A DNA stretch of 57,730 nucleotides, filler included, from Sphacelaria rigidula (Eukaryota): assembly GCA_964200075.2 (NCBI GenBank). It is 5 parts of 5 records of this genome, joined end to end, with 100 filler letters (N's around TTAATTAATTAA, not from the genome) between each part and the next. Parts side by side here need not be neighbours in the genome. Positions count along the whole stretch, not along the records: positions 1 to 11,468 come from CAXNAA020004890.1; positions 11,569 to 23,035 come from CAXNAA020004891.1; 3 more parts are not named here. One strand, written 5' to 3'. The notes beneath the pieces are model-generated. The model was not told the DNA's origin. It did not search any database and saw nothing but the letters and a program-made list of their open reading frames with translations. Within the stretch, counting starts at the first letter, position 1. Each line of letters begins with the position of its first letter. The position numbers and the translations under genes were made by a program. Positions 1-13,218 of the stretch are shown here, in pieces.

Positions 1-163
1 ATTCATTCACTGATTGACCGCTTTTCACTCTCAATCGTATCATCTACTCTCAATCTCACGAAAACACTGTCACGTACCGATGTGCCGTACCACACGCTGG
101 AACGCATTGCTGTTTTTTATTGGGTTGTTCAAATTGTCTTTTTGCTAACTATTATGCATGAAT

Positions 164-1401
164 CAGGGTTGCACATCGTATATCGATAATCGATACGATT
201 CCGATAAATGTCGGCGATATGCCATATCGGTATCGGAGGGCAGAAAACCGATATATGTGACGTGTCAAATCGAATTTCAAAATCGGATATCGATACGCTC
301 GATAATTCTTGCTTTTTTCTCGTCACATTAACTCAATTTCTCGAAACCGTCGTCACAAGAAACGCAGCGGGGCGGCATTTCCCGAACGGTAGACCCACAG
401 TTGATGTGCAACCCTGCACCCCCCCCGGCCCCCATACCACACTCCACAAGGTACCCTTCACACACTACACACCGCTGGTGCCTCGTGGGTTTCGAGTTTG
501 GTAATGTGATTCGGCGGGGGTGTTTATCAACGATAACTCACGGATGGTGTGGTGGGTAGATACGAGGTCGCGATCAATGCGAAGCTGCAGACAACGGTAG
601 AAAACAGCTATCCTTCAGAGTTTTAAAAGATGGTACTGTCGCTTCGCCTTACCCTCATGTTTGACGAGTGATATTATTTTTCCCTGCATTCGTTCGTCTG
701 GACATTCTACTTGTTGCAAGCCTAGTGGTTTTTTCTTCTTGGTTGGTGACGTACAAATATATACTTTTTAGAATCCAAAAATCAAACCTTGACGCTTGCC
801 GCCAACTCTCCCTGTATTTGGTGGTGAAATACGTCGGAATTGGAGCTTGCATTTCAGTTCGTTCATGTTCAGTGTGCAGAGTCGAGGTGTGCGCTCATTC
901 GATCGAAACACACGGAATAGTGATCGTATACATGATGACAGTATCACCATCACCACACCCGGTGACAAAAGATATTCGCAAAACAGCTGCATCACCGCAT
1001 GCCGCCACTGCTATGCTGTTCAGTGGAAACTACCTCAAGTCACTTGATACCACACCCTCAGGGGCGAGTTTCAAAGCTGGGTCACCTTCTCTCCACGAAT
1101 GTAATAACTCCGCCCAATTCAACCCAGGCATCGTTTCTGATGAGGAGTGAGAGCTTTGAAATCTGTGTAGGGGATGTGGTATCTTGAGCGACCCACAAAA
1201 TTGAGTGAGGGTGTCAGTGTTCAGGTGTACTGCTCGGTCTTGCATACTGCGGCCATACCCAAACAGCCGCATCGCAGCGTAATATTGAAACTCGATACGT
1301 ACCGTGTCCTTTGCGGAAAATCGACGAGAATATCGGTATCAGCAGTTGTGGTTCCCAAGAGTATCAACCGACCTTCATTCCCGCTCCGATATGCAACCCT
1401 G
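164..1401. mobile_element. Non-autonomous hAT-like DNA transposon
   Basis: Terminal inverted repeats CAGGGTTGCACATCG (164-178) and CGATATGCAACCCTG (1387-1401), 14/15 match. Many CGATA/TATCG subterminal motifs at both ends. Flanking 8-mers GCATGAAT / ATATGAAC look like a decayed 8-bp TSD. No transposase ORF recognised. Confidence 0.7.
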
Positions 1402-2338
1402 ATATGAACACAATTGAACAAACTTTATCTGATATACATATATGACAACTCGATCGCGGATGGTTTTGAACGATGAGTACTTCATAACGGGTCCTTCGGT
1501 TTTTTTGGAGATGGACTCAGGTGAGAAACTGCGGGCACCGTACATTCCATCAGTCAGGTGAAAAAGCAAAAAACACGCAAACGGCACACGCTTTCATGCG
1601 TAGTTTACTTTCATCGTGTTTAGAAATATCGACGCCACCTCAAACTTCCTTACACACCTTCTCGTAATTCCTGCTCGTTAGGTTTACATTCCAATAATAT
1701 ATATACCACAATCCATGATACCAAACTGTACCCACACCAACACCTGCGTGCTCCATGACAGTAACATGCCCAGTAACGCAAATAGCCTGATCATATGTAC
1801 GTCAGTCATAGCTGAGAAATCGCCTTCGAAAAACGGACAAGACGAGTTCGGCTTGGTCCCCAAAATACACACCACGTCGGTTCAACTCAGATGAAACCGG
1901 TAGAAATGAAAAGCTGGATGTCCTACCCTTGGCTGGGATTTCATTGCGGGTATAGGCAAAACCGAGATCGAGTCATCACGGGAGCACCATGTCCGCGGAC
2001 TGCTTCGGACAAGAGCGTCTTCGAATCGTCATGGAATCACTACTGAACAGCCGCTGCTGATCTTTTCACATTGCACAAGTCAGAACAGCCAGTGACGATC
2101 AACCCGGCGAGACGAACCGAAACGCTATTTCCTAATCTCGACAAACGTCAGGATAGTAAAAGAAAAGAGAACACAAAAAATGAACCATACGCTCCACACA
2201 CACGAAGATACAAAACGACTCACAACACCAGAAACACAACAGATACGTTGACGAACGTGCCACCGCCATCATCAGCGCACGGCCCATGTATGTGTCGACC
2301 CTGTCCCGGAAACGGGCATGGATTGATCAGAAGCTCCT

Positions 2339-5300
2339 CTAATACGGCCGGTAGCTCCTGTCCTGGCGGCCAGATGTAGCTGCTCCTCCCCTGTACGCAC
2401 CGTAGCCCCCCTGGTCGGCCCCACCGGCACCGTAGCCTGTAGCTGCTGTAGAGGCGGGGTAGCCCCCGTTGCCTGTCGCATCTCCCCCGCCGTAAGTAGT
2501 GCCGTAACCACCAGTGGTTGCGGCGGCTTGCCCACCGGCCGCGTAGCCCTGGTTTCAGAAGATTTCGACCATATGCGCGCGGTGGAGTCGAGGGGCGTTA
2601 GTTTTCTGCCGATTGGATGTGATTCTAGTTGGGGCCACTGCATCACTTGGTGGCAGTGGACAATCCATACCTAGAGTGTCAAGGTCGTCTCGCACAACAA
2701 ATCAAAAGTTCAAGCTAGCCACGGAAGCAATATCAAGAAACATTTGTCCTTCTCGGCAGGGGGCGCTCGGTACGGATCATTACTCTTCAGCGCAGGATTC
2801 GGCTGCTTCGTAACATACGTCCTCAGGTCAGAAGTGCTCGCTCGTCATTCATATTTTCAAACAAGCGACCTGCTTTACTTTTCCTATCTTCGCTGACAGA
2901 TGCACTGATCAGGAACGAACCTGCTGCTGGCCGTAGCCTTGGCTGTAACCACCAGTCTGCGCTCCGTACCCCTGTGTTGCGGCCCCTCCTTGTGAGTACC
3001 CTCCGGCGGTGGACTGGGATCCCTGGCGCGATGCAGACGCCTGCGGGGCCTGGTATCCCTGCTGTCCACCGTATCCCTGGGAGTAGGAAGACTGGTCCTG
3101 TCCGCCGCCACCGTATCCACCGTAGCCCTGCTGTCCACCGTAGCCGTAGTTACCGCCACCGTATCCTTGTTGGCCACCGTAACTACCGTATCCCTGGCAT
3201 GGTCGCGAGAGAATATCAATAAATGGACAAGAAAACAGGTGTGATTTGGTCATTTCCATTCTCCGTCCTTTGAGATACATGAAGAAAACTTCGGGAATGG
3301 AATCAAGCCGCGGTTTTGGAGTATAGTGATACTGCTGGGGTCATGGAGGGAACACGTTGCGCCAAATAGACAGCTTTCCGTTAGGCCGTGAGGCATTTCG
3401 GTCAGATTCACCCACCAGGTGTGACTAATAAACGACGGATAGAGCGAACCACAAATCTCAGCATAGACAACCATTAGACTTCTTCATGACGGTTGTCACC
3501 TGCGATGCTCCACCTCCTCGGTCTCCGCCTTGACTGTAACCACCGCCGTACCCTCCGCGGTCACCCCCACCACCGTAGCCTCCCTGTGAGAGAGAAGTAC
3601 AGACGTGCTATGATGAGACAACAGGTAACAAGCGGATCCGATCGAGGGCTCGGCAGCGGCTTCGCACGTCAGTTCATTATGCGATGGAAGAGTTCAGGCA
3701 CAAGAAGTTGTGTCCCTTGCTGACGGCAGTAGGGTGACTTCTCCCGTGAAAAAAAAACACGGTCAAGATAGCCAGTACCGAAGAACACGCGAATCTACCC
3801 CCCGACTAGATGAACTCTTTCAAATTGACTATACGTCGACAGGCACCACCCGGACTGGCCTACAGGGTTTTTTTCGTCCGTACGCTTTGATGGGTTAATA
3901 CTGGGCCAACACCTGTCCGCCGTAGCCGCCTCCCCGGTTCCCGTAGCCGCCGCCTCCATGGCCTCCGTACCCCTGACATCGCACGTCCGATCGAGACCAC
4001 GTAAGGTGTCAACATCCAACACACAAGCCCTGAAAGACAAAAAATGGCACAATTTTGTCCGAATTTCTTTTTTTGCTTCGCCTACGAGTACATCCTCCCC
4101 CCTCAGCGCGTCATCGGCTCCCGAGACTACACCCCTCAACAACAAACCCGCAGCGACGACCTGCAGCGTTAATCGCTATTCTTGTTTTCACCAAGGACGC
4201 ACCATGGCAACGTCACGTACCTGCTGGGTCCAGCCCTGCTGTCCACCGCCGTATCCCCCCCCACCGCCGTATCCACCACCTCCACCGTAGCCACCTCCAC
4301 CATATCCGCCCCCTCCGTAGCCACCTCCGTTGTTGTAGCCGCCGCCACCGTTGTAACCACCGGGGCGCGGGCCGTCACGGGGAGATGCTGTTTTGACCTC
4401 TACCGACTTGCCTTTCAGCTCATGGGAGGCGCCATTCATCACCTACTCGAGGAAAGGCGCAAAGCAAAACGGGCGGAACAAGTGGTCAGAATTCTGGGGG
4501 AACCAAGCGCACAAGCGTTGGCCGTCGGCGTTAGCAGGAGTGGGTGTTGTTCACCGTGTGAAGGGCAGAAGTCACGTCGATATAGAAAATACAATCGGCA
4601 ACAGGAAGCCCTCATCTTCGCAACGGTTACCATGTGAGAAAGATCGTCGACCGAGCATCATCGTGAAACGTGTTCCGCGTGAGAACATTGGGCGTCCGAA
4701 TTACACTTGAAAGCAGGAATGCGGTAGGCACCTGGTACCGACTCACCTTGCGCACTACGTCGGGGTTGTCGTACGTGATGAAGCCAAAACCACGAGACCG
4801 GCCGGTTTTCTTGTCGTACATCACCACGGCATCCTCCACCTTACCAAACCTGAATATCGTCAATCAAGAAAAAACGCGTCGGTATGTCTTGGTTCACACA
4901 AGAGTACACGGCACACTCCAACTTCGCATCGGGGCAGTGCATCATCCAACCACGGCGGAAATGGGACACCCCAATATAACGCGTGGGGGGGGAAGGGGCA
5001 GAGTTTTGCGAGTAGCAGTGCTGGGCACAGGATTGTACTCACTTCGCGAAGTAGGCCCTGAAGTCCGCATCGTTCACTTCCTGGTCCAGGCCCCCGACGA
5101 AGATCTGTTCCAAGCGAAAAAGTGATGAGCAGCACACGGAAATGCGTACATTCAATCGAACCCGGCGACAGTAGAGGAATGGGAGGGAAAGAGGGTGGGG
5201 GGATAGGGGGGTCACATAAACCCTGGAGGAATAACAATGTGCTGCCGCCGGGACTTTAGCTCGAGATTGCAGACCGTAGATTCGTGTAGGTTGTCACGAG

Positions 5301-8300
5301 AATGGTGACCTTGACCAGTTGACACGACGCATCGCCTGATACAACCTCCAAATGAGATGGTTGTTCAAGACAATCACACCATTACAAGCCACTTCGGCTT
5401 GTTCCCCTCAAGGTTCAGTGCCCAGAAAGGGTTCAAGAGTTTCAACGGTCCAACATGTAAGTCTCAGAAATTGTGACCCATGCATGCCGTTCCAACCAAC
5501 ACTCTTTGATACAGCTCTTCGTGGCGGCTCACACGAGCAAGTCAAGTCAGACCAAGTCAAGTGTAGGGAAAATCACAACGAGACCCGCCACATCAGTCTG
5601 GTGTTTCGCGCAAAGAACCCACTCGGCGTCCAAGCATCACAACTATCGCCAACACGATAGAAACAACGCTGTTCCCGCGTGGCAAGCGCGTGGATTTAGA
5701 CAGACTTGTCGACATTCTGTTACTTCTTGGTTCACCTCTGGCGGCGGCGCCATGCTATGTTTGCGTCTGGCGATGTAACAGCCCGTGCTAGTATGAAAAA
5801 CAAGTGCCGTCAGGCAGTCTGTCGAGTAGACGTCATTGGGTGTGAAGGGTTGTGCTTCAGATCATCAAGTATGGACATTTCGAGCGTTGAGGGGGGGAGG
5901 GCACGCTTCGGAACAAAAAAGGCAACGCGAGGGTACGTGAGTTTACGAGCTGAAGGTCTTCAAAGTCAATGCTGTTGACTTGCGCGTTCAAGTCAACATA
6001 AAAATTACTCTATTATTTATAGACGAACACCGAAAAAAATGTGCAAAAGTAACGATCATCACAGAACGTCATGATATAGGGCTAGGATTAACTTGCAAAG
6101 ACTGTTCCCTACGTGAGAGTAGCCTCTTTCTACTACCTTTCGGAAATTGTAAATTACGAAAAAATCGCAAGAAATAGCCTGGCCGCCGTCTGTCTTGTGT
6201 CAACGGGGGGCTTTTCTTTCAAATTTTTTTGTAACGTTAATGACGGTAAAGAGGCTACTCTCACCTTGTTGTTGAGGGGTGCGTCATTCATGCCACCGTG
6301 GCGGCCGCCCACCTGAGCGCGAGCGCCATCAGAGTGGCCCTGGCGGTCGGACGCGGCCCTGTAGAAGTTCACCCGGAAAGCCGGTCCAAATCGCCCAGTA
6401 AAGGATCGCAAGAGATGAAACCCATCCGGTCAGGTTGCATCAGCCAGCACCGATGTTGTGAAAATCCACCCGCAAAGTCGATGTTGGGCGCCACCATCGA
6501 ACGATACATGCAGTTCATCAACAAAACAATATACAGCAGCAGGCAAGAGGTAGAAAACATTTCAGGCTAAGATAGCCGTAACGTGAGGAGCATGATCCGA
6601 GTGCGGGGAAGAAGAGGGGATGCACCCGTGTCACCTCACGGACGCGCCAAGGGTGATATTCAGCTCAAATGTGTTTCATGCCCGATTTGCTACAACCCCC
6701 GAACCACTGTGACGACGACTCGTAACGCTACTGATATTCCAAAAACTCAGGCAACGAGACGACGCGGTGACCCTAACCAACCTAGGCTGTGGGGCCCTGT
6801 CCCTAGGGACAGCCCTTTTGACGTCTATGGTCCTGCCATCTATCACGTGTTCTTCCTTCAGGGCGGCATCCGCGGCTAAAAAGTAAAAAAGAACACAAAA
6901 CAAGAGGCAACGGCAACAACGGGAAGAGAAGAAAAAAAGCAACATATTATGTATTCAACTGTTACGGTCAACGCTCTTCTTGCGTATCGACGGGTATCGA
7001 CGGCGTACATACATAGATACATAGATACATAAATACATGGTACATATATGGATACATACATACCTGTAGTTACCGAACGTGACGTTTTTCAGTAACATAC
7101 AGTGTACGAGTAGACAGTACATACATACGACGCGCAACGAGGGAACGAGACAAGATCGAAAGGACAGCGAGTGACCGCGGCAAAAACGGTTCGAATTATG
7201 CTCGGCCTGCCTCCCTGCTCCGAAACCCGCTCTGCAGTCCAACGCTCATCTCGATACCGCGACTCTGACTGAATGTCAATATCCACTGTATGACCGCCCC
7301 GCGTATCTGTGCTGCCGCTGCTCCCAATCGACCCTGCCCGAATCTGTCAATATCCCCCGTTTGACTGCCCTGGCGTATGTGTGCTGCCGCTGCTGTCAAT
7401 TTTGGCTCTCCCTGTCCTTATCGCGTTCGAGACCGACAGTACGATACCGGATACTGTTGTGTAGCGTAGTACACAGTACGAGTACGTCTGTTTCCTCTGT
7501 ATCGTAGGTGGTTCTTCTCTCTGCTCTGCCCGTCTCCCTCGTCTGCTCTGCTTGTATACTGCCTGCACCTGAAATAACAAAGTTGATACTGTATTTTGCG
7601 CACATCCCGCGCTACCCTTGCCTTCCTGGCCATTGGCCACGGTATTAGGTGCTTCATTGACAACAAATTCTCGGACAAGGCACGATCATCAAGACATGAG
7701 TTGTATCGGATTCATATAAAAAGAAGCAACACTCTGCACCGTGCTGCTGTTCGGTTTGTACAAACCCGACATGACTCCGACATGCCTCCGACATGAATTT
7801 CACAGGCTTTTGCTACAGCTTACTGAACGCACTTGTCTGTACCGGTTGTAGGGATGACAACAGACTACATCGACCAAACAATCCTGTTTTTAAACAAGTA
7901 AGGGCGCGAACGAAGCAATGTTTTCTCATCATGACGTGATCGCTGGGAGATGCATCACGATCAAGGGGCGACGCGCTGAAGACGATGATGGAGTGGACTG
8001 GGGCAATACAGACAGGATCGACACACCAAGAGCAACAGGAGGAATAACTTGCAACATCGACCCGTAAACGCCGCATATGAACAGAAGCAATGATCAGCAC
8101 CGTGCTGCTGTTCGGTTTGTACAGACCCGACATGCCTCCGACATGAGTTTCACAGACTTCTTGCCACAGCCTGATGAGCACACCGTCTGTACCCGGTTGT
8201 AGGGATGACAACCGGGTACATCCAACAAACATGCCCTTTTTGAAACAAGTCGAAAACGAAGCAATATTTTCCTATCATGACATGATCGCTGGGAGATGCA

Positions 8301-9892
8301 TCACGGTCAAGAAGGGGAGACGCGCTGAAGACGATGATCGAGTGAACTTTGAAGTGATATAGACGGGATCGACACACCAATAAAACAGAAGGGATAGCTC
8401 AACATCGACCCTTAGACGCCGTGCGAAGTTGATGGATACGTTGGCAAACCGTCACGGTAGCCAGGCGGCAGCGAGCCAGGCACCTCACCTGCGCTGTCGG
8501 TGAATTGGACGAATCCGAAGCCACGCGGTTCGCCCGTCATCTTATTACGCATGAGGATCACATCGTTCAGAGTACCCCACTTTCCGAAGTGCGATTTGAG
8601 CATGTCATCCGTAGTCTGCCACGTCAAGCCGCCCAGGAAGATTTTGCCCTCCACGTCCACCTCTGCCGATCCAAGTAATCGTTTACATACAGTTGCCGCG
8701 GCGAACACGGGAAAATAGGTGCGCTTAGAAAACGCCTTGTATCATGTGGCGTACAGGACAGTACAGTACAGGATCAAGTCCGAAGTACCGGTGCGGGTTC
8801 AGCAACCTCTCTGGTATTGGGATTGCCGGTGGATCAGACATGCGCAACGCATTCGGCGCGGTCACCAACGTCCGGTTTGGCCAAGGAGCAGTAGGCAACA
8901 TCAACTTTTAGCGCAGCGATTTTGTGAATCGGGTTTACACGCTATGACGTCACCACGTGGCGCAATGTTGCGAAATATTCAAATTTAACTGGCTCTTTCC
9001 TTCACTTGTTCGAGAATTTTTTTGTAGAGACCAGTACAGTACAGTCTACAGTCAGTTCTTACAATTGATGCGCAGTAACCCCAGGTCCTCGACCAAGACA
9101 CAAGAAATAGTATCGATGCACACCCTTACTTTGCTGTTCTTCGTTGGACATCTCCTTCTTGTCGCCGTCTGGGCCGGCGTCGGTTCCGTTGGTTCCGTTA
9201 GTCTCAGCCACGTGATCCGTCTGATGGGCAGGGAAATAAGACGATGGGACAAAAACAGAGAGGGCAGCACAGGTGTTGAATAATGTGCATACGCGAATTC
9301 CTCGTGGCAAGTCTCATTCGTAGAGCAGAGTACCGAAAAGGCGCACAATGCCTCCAGTCTCTGGTGGGCACCGATTATGGGGGTACAGCCAAGTGAACAA
9401 AAAGATCGGTGGACGCAAGAACTTACGAGTGCCAACAGACAGTGCGAGGTTCGGCAAGGCAGTCCACCCTGGTTTGCAGAGCACCGTGTATCACGATCCA
9501 CCAAAGTTCTCGTCAGGTGACACTTTCCGCGAGCAGGTATCACGTTGCGTGGTGGTTTTGATGACAGTCGGAACCCAAGATTTCCCTAAACTTCTTGTTG
9601 CAAAGCCGCTATATTCGGGGGCACCGACAAACCGTACTCGGGCAGTCCAAAGGGATGAGGTGCAACAATCAGTCGTCCGTCATCTATCTGAGGGGGCCGT
9701 TAGACGAGGAACACAACCGGCACGGCACCACTTGACCATTTTTCATAATTTCTACATGATCATAAAACGCACAGTGGCGCCGTTGGCCGCGACCTCCTCG
9801 TCCGTGACCATGCTGGTTGGCTGTTCCGCCTGCACCTGCTCGTTTTCTGCAACCGTCGGCACGTCGTGTTGTTCGTCCAGTCCGTTAGACAT
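2339..9892 (-). CDS. hnRNP A/D- or Musashi/Hrp1-like RNA-binding protein (2 RRMs + Gly/Tyr/Gln low-complexity domain + C-terminal PY motif), ~528 aa
   Basis: Hand-spliced exons, all GT-AG and phase-consistent: 9892-9773, 9220-9130, 8662-8489, 6875-6782, 6358-6265, 5104-5043, 4849-4747, 4442-4221, 3972-3913, 3583-3500, 3193-2921, 2548-2339 (1587 nt). RRM1: KIFLGGL...RGFGFVQF...[14 protein letters not shown]2: KIFVGGL...[10 protein letters not shown]...LKGKSVEVK. Ends ...[10 protein letters not shown]-stop. Confidence 0.93.
7738..8420. repeat. Diverged ~360-bp tandem duplication in intron 3 of the RRM gene
   Basis: CACCGTGCTGCTGTTCGGTTTGTACA.ACCCGACATG starts at 7738 and again at 8098. The copies stay colinear through TGATCGCTGGGAGATGCATCACG and CAACATCGACCC. 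Confidence 0.85.
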
Positions 9893-11468
9893 AATACTCT
9901 GCTGAATTTCGCTGTCGCTCCGACGCACTGCGAGTCAAAAAGTGCGGTTGTACAACGCAGGCCACCGACACCGAACGAGAATCGGGGGGTCAACGCACAC
10001 AAACGGTGGAGCGAGAGGGTCGCCGATTGTATGTGTTCGGTGGGTAGCCCTGCGGACAGACTATTCTAGAAAGCACGTGATCACGAAAATACAACTACCA
10101 TGCAAACACGTTCAATTCGGAAAAAGCCCGCGTCGACCTTGGAAGTGAAGACAATCAATTTTTACCAACATCCACAACTGGCGGAGATCTTGAGGAACTG
10201 AGGACTACACTATGGTGTAACGGCCCGATGGGCAACACACTCCTCCTGCTTGTCGGGAAATTCGAACTTGATCGCCACGATGCCACATGATACCAACCCG
10301 TCGCGGAGATACGCATTTGTGGTTTTAGCTAAAACGGCCGGTTGCCCTCAGCAGAGCAAAAAGTCGAGTCGCATTATTCGGTAGGGGTTTTGGTTTGTTT
10401 CGCGTACAAGACTGGACAGTACACGGCATCAGAGCACACACTTAGTAGCACCGCGTCGTCGGCAACACCTTTCAAGTACAATCGACTGGGGGAAAATGCA
10501 GCAGACTTCACCAGACTATGTTATGCTGTGTATCTCATCACAGTCACCGCCTCCACCCTTTGACTCACGACCGAAGACGTCGGCAAGATGTACGGGGATT
10601 AAAAAAAAAAGAGGAAAATGATGTACCCCCGACAGATCCGAGAAATGGAGGGCGTGAAAAGCACGACGAATACATGGTATACGGTGTCAACGGAGATGGA
10701 TCGAGGCCACGGGAGCGCTTGTAAGGGCACAACACCACGCCTACACTCACAACCGACACCCTGCGGCATACTCTCATTATTTTTTCCGGGCGCAAGATCA
10801 TCCCCTCAAACACTGTGCGATACCTCACATGGCCTCCAAGTTAGCGGGGCACACCCCGTCTCAGGGCCACGCTGTTCTACAGGCATGCTGTTCTAGCGGG
10901 AGCCAAAAAAAGTTGTACACAGTCAACTTCCCCAGACATGAGATGCCACCTCGACAACAAAATAGCGCCGACTTGCGCGGCAACCACCGACACCTTCTAC
11001 GTACACACAAAGCCAGCGCGGCATGACCACGGTGAACGCGCGCCGACCTCAACAGTGTCCCACGATTCACACACCGCAACACAGGCCTGCGCATCTAGAA
11101 ATAACAGGTCCATTTCCCGCCACCCAAAAACACCATAGGGTAAAAGCTATAAAACTCAAAATAATAACGACAGCGTCAGGATCAGGAAGCATCACATCGC
11201 GCCACTGAAACGAGCGTTATCACGCACATGCGCGGGGAGACGTACATACCTAGTGCACAGAAGACGCTGAGATACGCGATGTAGGGAGTTGGGGCGTGAA
11301 GTACGTAGGAGCAGGGGCTGATGGAGGGTGATCGATGTGGCACACGAATTTTTCTTTTTTTTGGTTGTGCAGGGTCGTGGCGTTCAGGTGCATCGAAGGC
11401 TTTTTTATTATTATTATTATATCCATCACATTAGCTCAATCTCTCGAACCCGTGGCCACAGAGTGCAA

Positions 11469-11568
11469 NNNNNNNNNNNNNNNNNNNNNNNNNNNNNNNN
11501 NNNNNNNNNNNNTTAATTAATTAANNNNNNNNNNNNNNNNNNNNNNNNNNNNNNNNNNNNNNNNNNNN
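11469..11568. other. Assembly spacer (N44-TTAATTAATTAA-N44)
   Basis: Exactly 100 bp. The central 12-mer gives stop codons in all six frames, and the same spacer recurs four times in the window. Confidence 0.97.
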
Positions 11569-11826
11569 CACGCCACGGTGTTTTTTTCTTATGGGTTGGC
11601 GTGCACGCATAGTCAGGCGAATACCCGACATGCCCCGCCCCCGCTCTGTAGGGATGCGAGGTCAATGGTCCGACGACTATGGCATGCATGATCATGGGTA
11701 CACCCCCTGTACGAGCCAAATAAAACACAACAAAACAAGTTTGCCCCATTCTTCGGGGAACAAGTCCCATTCACCTCCTACCCGCAAAAGATCATACACT
11801 ATTGTTTGTCTGCTATTATAACGCAC

Positions 11827-11977
11827 CTGAGTACATCTCCTGCGTCCATCGACGTCGTGGATCCGATCCTGAGGGCGTACCAATTCTTCTCCTTGAGCGT
11901 TATCACCACGTCCATTTCCTCGGCAGAGTCGTCAACGCCATCCATCACCATATTTATGGACTCAAATAACCCCATTT
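11827..11977 (-). other. Possible orphan coding exon of an unidentified gene
   Basis: Protein-like reading MGLFESINMVMDGVDDSAEEMDVVITLKEKNWYALRIGSTTSMDAGDVLR. Followed by a good donor (CAG|GTGCGT) and preceded by a pyrimidine tract with AG. Partner exons were not found, and the segment ends at the 11568 spacer. Confidence 0.35.
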
Positions 11978-13145
11978 CTTCAAGGAACAGCGCGAGGGGC
12001 GGGGGAGCGCACGTGAGAGGGAGGCTGGGGGAGCATTCTTGTATTTCGATGCAATAGTTCACACGTACGCATGTTAGCTTGCACAATTATTTTCCCACGA
12101 GTTTTCATCAACCCCCTTCCCCACGAGACGGTGATGTGGATCCTGGCTCATGCCACTGCCCTACGCTTCCCATCCCCTATGCGGTTGTAAGGAGGCGTTC
12201 TCGTGTGTTTATGCTAATAGATAATGATGTGGGGCCGTCGTGAGTAGGACGCCGTAATATTTTTCACTTGTTGCTCACGTCAATCTAGACCGATAGAAAG
12301 CAACACTCGCCCTGCCTTCTTGGACTGACCACGTACACCTCGCGCCAAATATCATTTTTTTCGACACAGGGAGTAGGTACCCTTTCGGTTTGCGCAATTG
12401 ATGTGACACAGTTTAACATGGTACTGATTTATGCAAGGGAAAAAAGCAAGTATTGTAACCTGAACATGCAATTTCGAAAGACAACGGCCTAATCTAAAAA
12501 ACTACTACGAAGTGCGACTGATTTCTGGATAATGACCGGCGAACAATGACATCTGGATAATGACCGATAATGAAGACAAGCTTCTTGAAGCGGAGCATAC
12601 TCATGTCTTGCGTCCATGCTGTGACCATGGCTGAATCCCTCTGGGATTCGTTAATGTGCGACAATCAATAAATCAATTCAAATCAGATCAATCCTTCCTC
12701 CGATTTCCCTCCCAATCTAGAAGGACACCGTGATGCTGTTATCACGTCGCACGTACGCAAAACGGGTGGAAGGTTGGTAGGAGATACACAACACGGGACG
12801 AGCTGATTTTTTCCATCATGTTTTTGTCTTTTGGGGCATTAGACAAAAATGTAGAGTTGTGAACTGGCTGCCAGTTTAACTGAGCAGTTAAAGTTAACTT
12901 GTACAACTGGTTAGGTGATCGGTTTCGTAACCAGTTGAACCAGTTACCCGACAAATGTGTGGAACTCCAAATTGTTCTTTGTACGTGTGTGTAATACTCA
13001 AGTCAATATTTCTGAAGTATTGTCGTGCTACAAAGACCGTGGGGACGCTGATACAGAGGCGAGTACATGACCGCACAGCGCACACACCTAGACGTAGACA
13101 CGAAATATCGCAGACAATATATTCGAATATAAGGAAAGAGAGACT

Positions 13146-13218
13146 TATTATTATTATTATTATTATTATTATTTTATTATTTCCGCACATTAGTCCGATC
13201 TCGCGAACCCGTGGTCTG
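13146..13218 (-). repeat. RTE-type 3' tail fragment with (TAA)n
   Basis: Reverse complement reads GACCACGGGTTCGCGAGATCGGACTAATGTGCGG-AAATAA(TAA)n, homologous to 17110-17151. Related fragments at 11401-11468 (-) and ~44500-44560 (-). Confidence 0.7.

Noticed and set aside
11513-11524. TTAATTAATTAA palindrome repeated four times (piggyBac TTAA or regulatory site?)
   Set aside because: Always centred in exactly 44 N on each side, so it is an artificial six-frame-stop linker.
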